The position numbers and the translations under genes were made by a program. This document shows positions 24,246 to 32,000 of a stretch of 32,000 bases of DNA, in pieces. Position 1 is the stretch's first letter. Each line of letters opens with the position of its first letter. Source of the DNA: Candidatus Scalindua sp. (lineage in GTDB: Bacteria > Planctomycetota > Brocadiia > Brocadiales > Scalinduaceae). Below the pieces are notes generated by a model. The model was not told where the DNA came from. It saw nothing but the letters and a program-made list of their open reading frames with translations, and did no database searches. The stretch lies in contig JALDRA010000002.1 of NCBI GenBank assembly GCA_031316235.1, positions 74,066-106,065 on the forward strand, given 5' to 3'.

Positions 24246-25595
24246 ATGGAAAAATCTAAAATCCTTGTCATAGAAGATGATGATGGGATCAGGACCCAGA
24301 TGAAATGGGCCCTGAATAAAGAGTACGATGTTTTGCTTGCCCCGAACACGAAAGAAGCTGTCAATATAATGGCCCGGTGTTCACCTCCTCTTGTTACCCT
24401 GGATCTTGGCCTTCCTCCTGACCCTGAAGGAACAGATGAAGGGTTTCGGCTCCTGCAGGAGATATTGAATATCTCCCCCTTCACAAAAGTCATTGTTGTA
24501 ACCGGGAACCCGGATAAAGAGGCACCTTTGCGCGCGGTATCAATGGGGGCTCATGATTTTTTTACAAAGCCGATTAATCTTGAGGAACTTAAATCTGTTG
24601 TAAAGAGAGCAGATTATGTCCAGGGACTCGAGAGTGAGCACAAGTCTCTGCAGGCGCAGCTGGGAGCCGATTCTTCCCCTGATATTATTGGTACCAGCAG
24701 TGAGATGGAGGATATATTTACTGCTATCCGAAAAGTATCCACAACTGATGTCCCCGTCCTCATAACAGGTGAAAGCGGTACCGGGAAGGAACTGGTTGCA
24801 AGGGCCATACATTTACAAGGCCAGAGGAAAAGAGGCCCCTTCATTCCCATCAACTGTGGGGCAATTCCGGAAAAGTTAATGGAGAGTGAACTTTTTGGTC
24901 ATGAAAAAGGTGCATATACCGGGGCACATGTACAAAGGAAGGGAAAGCTTGAACTGGCAGACAATGGAACGGTGTTTCTTGATGAAATTGGAGACCTCCC
25001 ATTACCGTTACAGGTTAAGCTGTTGAGAGTTCTCCAGGATCACAAACTTGAAAGAATTGGCGGTAGAGAGATGATTGATCTGGAAGTCAGGTTTCTTGCT
25101 GCAACAAATAAAGACCTGGAAGAGCTGGTCAGAAATGGAGAGTTCAGAGAAGATCTTTATTACCGGCTTGCTGTTGTGTCGATTAAAGTCCCTGCTCTTC
25201 GTAAAAGAGGTGAGGATGCCCTCATACTGGCAAAGAGTTTTTTAAAGAAATATGGAAAAACAAACAAAAAACCCATGAGACTGGGTGAAGATGCTGTCCA
25301 GGCAATAAAAAAGTACTCATGGCCGGGTAATGTAAGAGAACTTGAGAACAAGATCCAGCGGGCAATTGCTTTTACCGAAGGAGGGCAGATATCCGCCTCA
25401 GATCTTGGCCTTACTCCCTCCACAAATGAATTTTCATTGAATCTTAAAACAGCGAAAGAGCGTTTAGAGACGGATTACATTAAAATGGCTCTGGTCAAGT
25501 GTGGCGGCAATATCAGCCACGCAGCTCAGGAAATGGGTATCTCAAGGCCGACGCTTCATGGGCTTATGAAAAAATACCGTATCGAGACAAAATAG
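24246..25595 (+). CDS. prsR: PEP-CTERM-box response regulator, sigma-54-dependent transcriptional activator (PrsR type)
   Basis: Receiver domain [19 protein letters not shown]...[18 protein letters not shown]...[11 protein letters not shown]+ domain with GESGTGKE, the sigma-54 contact loop GAYTGA, and RED/R-finger. C-terminal Fis-type [28 protein letters not shown]. Confidence 0.93.
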   Translation: MEKSKILVIEDDDGIRTQMKWALNKEYDVLLAPNTKEAVNIMARCSPPLVTLDLGLPPDPEGTDEGFRLLQEILNISPFTKVIVVTGNPDKEAPLRAVSMGAHDFFTKPINLEELKSVVKRADYVQGLESEHKSLQAQLGADSSPDIIGTSSEMEDIFTAIRKVSTTDVPVLITGESGTGKELVARAIHLQGQRKRGPFIPINCGAIPEKLMESELFGHEKGAYTGAHVQRKGKLELADNGTVFLDEIGDLPLPLQVKLLRVLQDHKLERIGGREMIDLEVRFLAATNKDLEELVRNGEFREDLYYRLAVVSIKVPALRKRGEDALILAKSFLKKYGKTNKKPMRLGEDAVQAIKKYSWPGNVRELENKIQRAIAFTEGGQISASDLGLTPSTNEFSLNLKTAKERLETDYIKMALVKCGGNISHAAQEMGISRPTLHGLMKKYRIETK

Positions 25596-25689
25596 CTGAA
25601 GAACTTTAATGTAAAATAATTGCAGAAACAAAGCCGGAGGGGTCACCTATTTGCTATTTGTTTTACTGAAAACCATTGTCAGACAAGTA

Positions 25690-26008
25690 TATATCAAAAA
25701 ATAGTTTCTCGCAAAGCCGCAGAGATCGCAAAGAAGAATGACAGAAAATGAAATAGGCAATGTTGTGGTTGATGAGTCTATTGTTTTACAGGAAAAGATG
25801 TATATAGTGCCTGAACAGAAACCCTGTGGTTGAACGAAAACGGCCCAGATACAAGGTGCGTAATAATTTTGTAACCGAAACTTACTAAAGCACTTGAGGA
25901 TTAAGAAATTATTACAGCAACACAGTAGATGGGTAGTTTTCGTTCAACTACTATATAAAAGATTTTAAATGTTTTTATGCTTTGCGTTCTTCGCGTCTTC
26001 GCGTGATA
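25690..26008 (+). pseudogene. GxxExxY-family gene remnant split by a P-element insertion
   Basis: tatatcaaaaaatagtttctcgcaaagccgcagagatcgcaaagaagaATGacagaaaatgaaataggcaatgttgtggttgatgag... then the P element, then aaaagattttaaatgtttttatgctttgcgttcttcgcgtcttcgcgtga. Confidence 0.65.
25805..25953 (+). mobile_element. P-family palindromic element (~149 bp), reference full copy
   Basis: Ends tagtgcctgaacagaaacc and ggtagttttcgttcaactacta are inverted. The internal arms gcgtaataatt/aattattacagc are also inverted. Flanked by TA, with an uninterrupted paralogous site in 8223-8379. Confidence 0.7.
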
Positions 26009-26088
26009 TACTAAAAGCAAAGTCTGGTTGCTGGTACACTCATTCAGTTTTTCTCGGATTTTGTCCGAAAACCATTATAAGATGTGTA
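26009..26088 (-). mobile_element. MITE-A copy (80-bp variant)
   Basis: Paralogue of 20745-20824. Confidence 0.75.
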
Positions 26089-26119
26089 TATTTAAGATCC
26101 TGCGTAAAAAAAACAGGTA

Positions 26120-26228
26120 TACTAAAACCGATTTGGTTTTCGGTTTTACCGGAAACAAAATCTTGGTTAATGGTATGCTCGCTCAGTTTTATCTCGGACT
26201 TTATCCGAAAACCATTATGTGATGAGTA
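26120..26228 (-). mobile_element. MITE-A copy (109-bp variant)
   Basis: Paralogue of 20857-20965. Confidence 0.8.
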
Positions 26229-26230
26229 TA

Positions 26231-26426
26231 AAACTCACAATGACATGATTTGTATCGATATACCCATTGGGAACTCTCCCTGTAATCAATACGTTTTGGG
26301 CGAAACTCAATTGCTGGTGCAGGCAGAGTGGTAAATCAGAGACGTCCCTTCAAACTCAATAGCAGCGGGTAACACAGACCGTTTTATCAGAAATATTTAA
26401 AAACATTCATTCGCAGATTGCACTGA
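26231..26426 (+). repeat. conserved non-coding leader of the four-helix-bundle cassette (copy 3 of 3)
   Basis: See 20968-21163. Confidence 0.85.
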
Positions 26427-26465
26427 GCTCATGGTTGATAGCTCATAGTTCATAGCTGATGGTTA
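26427..26465 (+). repeat. reverse-type heptamer arm
   Basis: Identical to 21164-21202. Confidence 0.9.
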
Positions 26466-26996
26466 ATGATGGAGAAAATGTGTGAAACAAATTTTAGTTT
26501 TGAAGATTTAGATGTCTGGCAAAAATCTATAGATTTTGCAGTGAGTGTTATTGACATTGCAGATACAATGAATTCTGATCGCAATAATTATAGATTGATA
26601 GAACAATTAGAATCATCCGCAACATCAATTTCAGCAAATATACTCATTTCATAATAGTTTTCGGATAAAATCCGAGTAAAAACGGAGCGAGTAAAGTCCT
26701 CGGCGCTTTTTGTCCGGGGATAACTGCAACCAAGATTTGTTTTTCAGAAAAACCGAAAACCAAATCGGTTTTAGTATATTGCTGAAGGGAAAGGACGTAA
26801 TTCCAAAAAAGAATTCATCCAATATCTATATATTGCACGTGGCTCACTATTTGAAACAATTACTTTTTTAACTATATTTTACAAAAAGAATTGGATCTCC
26901 AATTCAAAGCTTAATGATTTACGAATAGTAGGAGATACAATAGGTAAACAACTTTCAAGTCTCATAAATTCAATAAAGAAAACAATTACGAAATAA
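26466..26996 (+). pseudogene. four-helix-bundle protein gene disrupted by a MITE-A insertion
   Basis: Reads as the intact copy up to ...tcagcaaata, resumes at ttgctgaagggaaaggacg, and ends at the same acgaaataa stop. The 136-bp insert plus 2-bp duplication introduces a stop (ORF 26466-26654). Confidence 0.9.
26641..26776 (+). mobile_element. MITE-A copy inserted in the four-helix-bundle gene, with TA target-site duplication
   Basis: gcaaaTA[tactcatttcataatagttttcgg...caaatcggttttagta]TAttgctgaagg, compared with the uninterrupted gcaaatattgctgaagg at 17095-17111. Confidence 0.92.
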
Positions 26997-27140
26997 CCAT
27001 GAGCCATAAGCCACGAGCTATTAGCTATGAACCATCCGCCATGAGCAATGAGCAATGAGCTATTAGCAATGAACCATAAGCCATCAACCCAGAACCTCTG
27101 AACGCTGAACCATCAGCTATGAGCTATCAGCCATGAGCCA
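26997..27140 (+). repeat. forward heptamer array
   Basis: ccatgagc, cataagc, cacgagc, tattagc, tatgaac, ... ccagaac, ctctgaac. Confidence 0.9.
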
Positions 27141-27179
27141 CATTTATTTGCTTTGCGTTCTTAGCGTCTTGGCGTGATA

Positions 27180-27286
27180 TACAAAAATCAAAGCCTGTTT
27201 GCAGTTATCCCCGGACAAATGGCACCGAGGACTTTACTCGCTCTGTTTGTTCCCGGAGTTTTCTAAAAACCATTACATGATAAGTA
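27180..27286 (-). mobile_element. MITE-A copy (107-bp variant) 61 nt upstream of the sugar-transferase ORF
   Basis: tacaaaaatcaaagcctgtttgcagttatccccggacaaatggcaccgaggactttac...cattacatgataagta. Preceded by the GxxExxY 3' flank, as at 11821-11859. Confidence 0.75.
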
Positions 27287-27346
27287 TATTTTGACCAATA
27301 GCTGCTCTGAAAACATCCGCCCATCATAAAAGAAAGAGGATTAAAA

Positions 27347-28658
27347 ATGCTGAAGTTAATCTGGTTCTTGAAAAGAGAAAAAAAATTAAACAGGATAGAC
27401 CATAAGAAGTTACAAGTTGACTTCCATTCCGAAAAAACATTTAAACAGATCCTTGTGCGGGAATGCGTTCGCTGTGACAGAAACGGACATAGATTTTCTC
27501 TTGTGATCTTTGAAGTTGTGGAAAAGACCCGGGAAGCCTTCGAGAAACTTGTGAGAATACTGCATAACCGACAGAAACGTTTGTGTGATGAATATGGTTG
27601 GTATAATGACCGGCATATCGCTGTGATTCTGTGTGATACAGACAGACAAAGTGCGCTGTGTTTCGCTGAAGATATTCGTGAAAAGGCTTCTTCCAATGGA
27701 CAATCAGTTAAATTTGCCGTTTATGAATATCCGGACAACTGGCAAGACATATATTCCAGGAGTGGAAGTTTACAGAAACCCCATTTTAATGGAAGTATTA
27801 AAAAAAGTGAGATAAAAAATCCAGATAGATCAAGGTTTTACGCAGGAAAAGACGAGAGACGATCACCTGAGGTTTTCTCCGTACTCCGTAACAACCAAGA
27901 TCTGGACCACTCAATACCCGCCATAAAAATTCCTGGTTCTTTTAACTGTGGAACACCGGCATTGAAACGCGTGATTGATGTTATCGGTTCTCTTGCAGGT
28001 CTTGTTCTGTTGTTACCTCTCGTTGTTTTGCTATCTCTTGTTATCAAGATTGTGTCTCCCGGAGGGCCAGTTTTTATCAAAGAGGAGCGAGTAGGGTTTT
28101 TAGGCAAAAGGGTAGCCTTGTGGAGATTCCGCACGATGAATGCCTGTAACGACGATAGAAAAAAGAGCAGCACCAGTCCGGGTTGCTGATTGGAACAGTG
28201 TGGTATACTAAAACCGATTTAGTTTTATAATTTACTAAAAACCAAAACCTGGTTTCAGTGATACTTGCTCCGTTATTTCTCGTATTTTGTCCGAAAACCA
28301 TTATAAGATGAGTATATAAAAGGAGGGTGAAAGTGTTACTATGGAAACTGCAAACGAAGAAATACGTTTAATACCATTAGGCAGCATAATTTGTAAACTG
28401 CGCATTGATAAATTACCACAGTTAATCAATGTGCTCCTTGGGGAATTGAGTCTTATAGGGCCGAGTCCGGCGACTCCAAACCAGATAAGAGAAGATCATC
28501 CCTGGCACAGGGAGCGTTTCCATGCTATTCCCGGACTGATCGGGTTACACGATACTCGTGAAAAGAACCAACTCCCCTTTGACGAGATAATGCGTAAAGA
28601 CATTCGGTATGTACGCCAACAGTCATTGTGGTTTGACATAAATATTTTAAAGAAGAGA
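27347..28658 (+). pseudogene. degenerate GGDEF-like domain fused to a sugar-transferase (PGT) domain, fragmented and interrupted by MITE-A
   Basis: ORF 27347-28189 has RFSLVIFEV...GWYNDRHIAVILCDTDRQSA (GGDEF-like topology with the motif replaced), then KRVIDVIGSLAGLVLLLPLVVLLSLVIKIVSPGGPVFIKEERVG...FRTM, then a stop. After the MITE the matching C-terminal half continues in another frame: IRLIPLGSIICKLRIDKLPQLINVLLGELSLIGPSP. DK replaces the DE dyad and PSP replaces PRP. Confidence 0.6.
28206..28314 (-). mobile_element. MITE-A copy inside the sugar-transferase reading region, flanked by TA/TA
   Basis: tggTA[tactaaaaccgatttagttttataatttactaaaaaccaaaacc...ccgaaaaccattataagatgagta]TAtaaaagg. Confidence 0.85.
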
Positions 28659-29309
28659 GTGGTCTCCAGGGTTTCACGAATCAAGGATGATTTTTTCTCC
28701 AGAAGTGTATATGTCACAGCAAAGCCGCGGATCGATTCATTTCTGGCAATTTCTGGTATCATACTGTTCCTGCCGCTCTTTTTTTTAGTAGGAGTTTTAA
28801 TAAAAATAACCTCAAAGGGACCTGTATTTTATTCACAGGAAAGGGTAGGTATAAACGGTAAAATATTCGAGATAATTAAATTCAGGACAATGCATTTTAA
28901 TGCAGAAGATGAGTTTGGTCCAACATGGGCAAAGAAGAATGATCCACGAATAACCCTTTTAGGCAGAATTCTCAGAAAGACACACATAGATGAACTACCT
29001 CAATTTGTTAACGTGATTCAGGGAGATATGAGTATTGTCGGCCCAAGACCAGAGAGACCGCATTTTGTAAATAAATTTATAAAAGATATTCCGGGATATA
29101 CAAACCGTTTAACCGTAAAACCAGGCATAACGGGCCTGGCGCAATGTTACTATAAATACGATGAAACCTTACGAGACGTTGAGAAGAAAATTCAGTATGA
29201 CACTTTTTATATAAAGAAGATGTCCTGGTTGCTTGACTTCAAAATTCTTTTATTAACATTACGGGTCAGCCTCTTTGGTGAAATGCAATATAGAGACCAG
29301 GGTATGTAA
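28659..29309 (+). CDS. polyprenyl-phosphate glycosyl-phosphotransferase (bacterial sugar transferase, EpsB/WbaP/PglC-like), intact unit
   Basis: FLAISGIILFLPLFFLVGVLIKITSKGPVFYSQERVGINGKIFEIIKFRTM...NDPRITLLGRILRKTHIDELPQFVNVIQGDMSIVGPRPERP...KPGITGLAQ. The frame is open from 28341, so it continues from the C-terminal fragment of the upstream degenerate unit. GTG 28659 is only a candidate start. Confidence 0.8.
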   Translation: MVSRVSRIKDDFFSRSVYVTAKPRIDSFLAISGIILFLPLFFLVGVLIKITSKGPVFYSQERVGINGKIFEIIKFRTMHFNAEDEFGPTWAKKNDPRITLLGRILRKTHIDELPQFVNVIQGDMSIVGPRPERPHFVNKFIKDIPGYTNRLTVKPGITGLAQCYYKYDETLRDVEKKIQYDTFYIKKMSWLLDFKILLLTLRVSLFGEMQYRDQGM

Positions 29310-29415
29310 AAACCACGCTATTTTTCCCAAAAACCATTATCTGATGAGTATATATCAAAAAATAGTTTCTCGCAAAGCCGCAGAGATCGCGATGAATATC
29401 TACTACATCTTTACC

Positions 29416-29890
29416 CCATGAGCCATCAACCCTGAACCTTGAACCTCTGAACCCAGAATCTCTGAACGCTGAACCCAGAACCTTGAACCTTGAACCTCTG
29501 AACCCAGAATCTTGAACCTCTGAACCCAGAACCTCTGAACCTCTGAACCCAGAACCTCTGAACCTCTGAACGCTGAACCATCAGCTATGAGCCATCAGCC
29601 GTCAGCCATGAGCTATGAGCTATCAGCTATCAGCCATCAACCATGAGCCATGAGCCATCAGCCATCAGCCATCAACAATGAGCTTTAATCTTTGAGCCTT
29701 TGGCTTTGTTTGTTTTTATACTTTTTAGATTTCACCCATTGCCCTTTCAGCCTTTAACTATTCCATGAGCCATAAGCCATAAACCTCTGTACGCTGAACC
29801 CAGAACCTCTGAACGCTTAACCATGAGCCATCAACCTCTGAACGCTTAACCATCAGCCATGAGCCATGAGCTATGAGCCATCAGCCATCC
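29416..29890 (+). repeat. largest heptamer/octamer array (~475 bp) with the embedded 80-nt core
   Basis: Blocks of cctgaac/ctctgaac/ccagaac (29430-29580), catcagc/catgagc (29580-29680), the core (29683-29762, equal to 17262-17342), then mixed units to 29890. No ORF. Confidence 0.9.
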
Positions 29891-30014
29891 TCCCTAAGCC
29901 ACCACTTTACACCTTTATGCTGCTTGAACTAAGATTAAGTGATTTGAAAATACAATACGGAATCAATGTTCATAATTTCTTGTAAAACTGTTTTCTTTTG
30001 AACGGAACTAATTT

Positions 30015-30920
30015 TTGCCAAATACGTTAGCACATTTAGGTTTACAAGGATTGACGAGTCGAACCTTTCTGAAGGATGCAGATTATAAGTGGATTTATAT
30101 AGGCTGCATCGTCCCTGATCTTGCCTGGATATTGCAGCGTGTTACAAAGTTTGGCTTTTCCGGTACAGATCCTTACGATCTCCGATTGTACGTGATAATA
30201 CAATCCTCATTCTGTTTTTGCCTGCTTCTAAGCGCTGCCATTGCTGCTCTTTCTTTGAATTATTGGAAGACTTTCGTAATTCTTGCTTTTAATTCATTTC
30301 TTCACCTGTTTCTCGACGCATGTGAGACTAAATGGGCCAATGGGGTTCATTTTTTGGCTCCCTTTAATTGGCACTTGTTAAATTTCAGTTTTTTTTGGCC
30401 CGAAAGCCTTCCTACTTACCTGCTGACCATCTTTGGCCTTGGTTACCTGGTCTGGAACTGGCGGCGTGCAGCTGCAATTCCCATTAACATAACATGGTGT
30501 TCTGCCTTACGCCTATTTGCTCTCATTACACTTATTTTGGCTTACTTTGGCCTCCCTTTTTTTCTCCTAGACGGTCCGGGAGAAGCAGACAATCACTTCG
30601 TGAAAACCTTACGCAATCGCTCTGAACGGCCAGGTAGGCAAATAGAGCTTGACAGAAATTATTATCTCCATGATAAATCCGGGGGTACCATTCGTACATT
30701 TACCGGAGAAGAGTTGACAGTAATTGGTCTGAAACTTGATCACTCGAATCTTTTGTCAGTAAAGGGAAATTTTGTGGCACAAGACAAAATCAACGTTAAC
30801 CAATATCATGTTCACTCAAAATGGATAAGAGACCTTTCTTCCTATTTAGGTCTGTTCCTTGTGTCTCTATTAATTATCTACTCGTTGATAAGGCAGAAAT
30901 TCAGGAAACTCTGTCTGTAA
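30015..30920 (+). CDS. membrane protein, possibly DUF457/YdjM-like metal-dependent hydrolase with a C-terminal extension
   Basis: TTG start. N-terminal TLAHLG...VPDLAW and HLFLDACETKWANGVHFLAPF resemble the His/Asp pattern of membrane-bound YdjM-type hydrolases, and several TM helices are present. Family call is tentative. Confidence 0.55.
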   Translation: MPNTLAHLGLQGLTSRTFLKDADYKWIYIGCIVPDLAWILQRVTKFGFSGTDPYDLRLYVIIQSSFCFCLLLSAAIAALSLNYWKTFVILAFNSFLHLFLDACETKWANGVHFLAPFNWHLLNFSFFWPESLPTYLLTIFGLGYLVWNWRRAAAIPINITWCSALRLFALITLILAYFGLPFFLLDGPGEADNHFVKTLRNRSERPGRQIELDRNYYLHDKSGGTIRTFTGEELTVIGLKLDHSNLLSVKGNFVAQDKINVNQYHVHSKWIRDLSSYLGLFLVSLLIIYSLIRQKFRKLCL

Positions 30921-31058
30921 AATTTGCGTAATCTGCGGATATATTTGAAAGAGTAAGTGTTCAAAAGTTTATGATCCCCGTTCATGGTTGCCCCCTTTAT
31001 ATTATTAATATAGTGATCCACAAACCGAATACCAAAACTCTATGCTGAACTATGTAAG

Positions 31059-31199
31059 AGGTTAGATTCCAAGTTCACGGTTCAAGGTTAGTGAAGAATA
31101 ATGGATCTCGATGAAAGTTCAACTCTCAAAGGTTCTGTTTTCCAGTTTTTTAATTCTTGAACCATTGAACCACTGAACTGTTAACCCGGAACCCCTGAA
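31059..31199 (+). repeat. small inverted heptamer unit with a ~65-nt payload
   Basis: Reverse arm aggttagattccaagttcacggttcaaggtta (31059-31090) and forward arm ttgaaccattgaaccactgaactgttaacccggaacccctgaa (31155-31199). Confidence 0.65.
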
Positions 31200-32000
31200 A
31201 TGTGTTCATCAACGTTCAATGTTTATACAGTGCATGTTGGTTTTATAAACAATTTAAATTATGGATAGACTTGCTGCATATCATTGTGTTCGTATAATCG
31301 CTACATTGGTTATACGTTAGAATATTTCTTAAGAGAGGCTATATGTACGGCAAAAAATTTGCGACATGTTGTTTGAACGGAAACCTTGTGGAGTTGAAAG
31401 GGCGGAGCTATGTCTGTTTTCTGCTCGTTTGGGCTAAAAAAGTTTAATGAACGGGATATAAATTTTTCTCCCAATTCCAGAAGAATAGAACTCCCGCATC
31501 AAAATCTCCGTACAAATTTGTAAATACACAAGAAGGAGGTTCTCTCCTTCTTACGAAAAACAATAGGCTTTGTTGCTATATTTTGGCAGGAAGGCAGATA
31601 GTTACAAGAGAGAAACTTGAAGTCTTATCAATTGCATCAGATCAGAATATTGAAGATGGACTTCCAATCGAAGAAGTTATCAAAAAACTTATAGATAAGG
31701 GGAAAAAGGAAGATCATTAAAGAATATGATAGGGAAATAGTATTTTCCTTCTCTCTTTAAAAAAGGATAGCATCCCACCCTTATTAGGCAAGTATCGACA
31801 TTATATCTGATTTAAAAGTATACTCATTTCGAAATGGTTTTAGGTGTTTGCACCAATTATTTGGAAATTCTCAGTCAATAAAGAGGAGATATCTTGCTTG
31901 TATTTTTTGCTCTTTCTGAAAAAAGATTTACACGCTTTTTTGAATTCATCATACGTTACATAGTATCACTACAGCGACATTTTTTTCTTGCGCCTTTTGA

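Noticed and set aside
27205-27703. Minus-strand ORFs 27205-27696 and 27410-27703 opposite the GGDEF-like/PGT ORF
   Set aside because: The plus-strand frame carries recognisable domain patterns. The minus-strand ORFs run into the MITE and lack motifs.
29416-29890. CRISPR array
   Set aside because: The units are only 7-8 nt, directly abutting, with no spacers of unique sequence, and no cas genes are present.
31451-31720. Open frame of ~90 codons ending ...LAGRQIVTREKLEVLSIASDQNIEDGLPIEEVIKKLIDKGKKEDH
   Set aside because: No ATG or GTG start is present. Only a late TTG would give 45 aa, and I could not recognise a family. It may be a gene fragment but is not supportable.

Overview
Bacterial chromosomal window, roughly 40% GC by eye, in two parts. 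Part 1 (1-11.3 kb) holds housekeeping-type genes. These are an operon of ABC ATPase, ABC-2-like permease, TPR-like membrane protein and membrane pyrophosphatase (hppA, K+-dependent-type motif), then a double zinc-ribbon protein, rsfS, a signal-anchored archaemetzincin-like Zn protease, a MalY/PatB-type C-S lyase and a periplasmic FKBP isomerase. Part 2 (11.4-31.2 kb) is a PEP-CTERM / exopolysaccharide-type surface locus. It contains a 1248-aa secreted FN3/cadherin-like repeat protein, a smaller FN3-cadherin protein and a PEP-CTERM substrate gene with its own sigma-54 promoter, three upstream TGT-N11-ACA-type boxes and a terminator. It also contains the PrsK/PrsR kinase and sigma-54 activator pair, and one degenerate plus one intact polyprenyl-phosphate sugar transferase unit. 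No exosortase gene lies in the window. The most unusual feature is the non-coding architecture of part 2. Its gene modules are separated by same-orientation copies of a composite repeat with four components: (i) four-helix-bundle genes (23S rRNA IVS protein / Avd family) enclosed by inverted arrays of 7-8-nt tandem repeats, one intact and three decayed; (ii) GxxExxY-family gene remnants; (iii) a TA-targeting MITE with 14 copies plus solo ends, one insertion caught next to empty-site paralogues and one inside a sugar-transferase gene; (iv) a second ~150-bp palindromic TA-targeting element. Many ORFs in the supplied track are translations of these repeats or antisense shadows of real genes. All coordinates, alignments and counts were made by eye from the sequence, with no database search.
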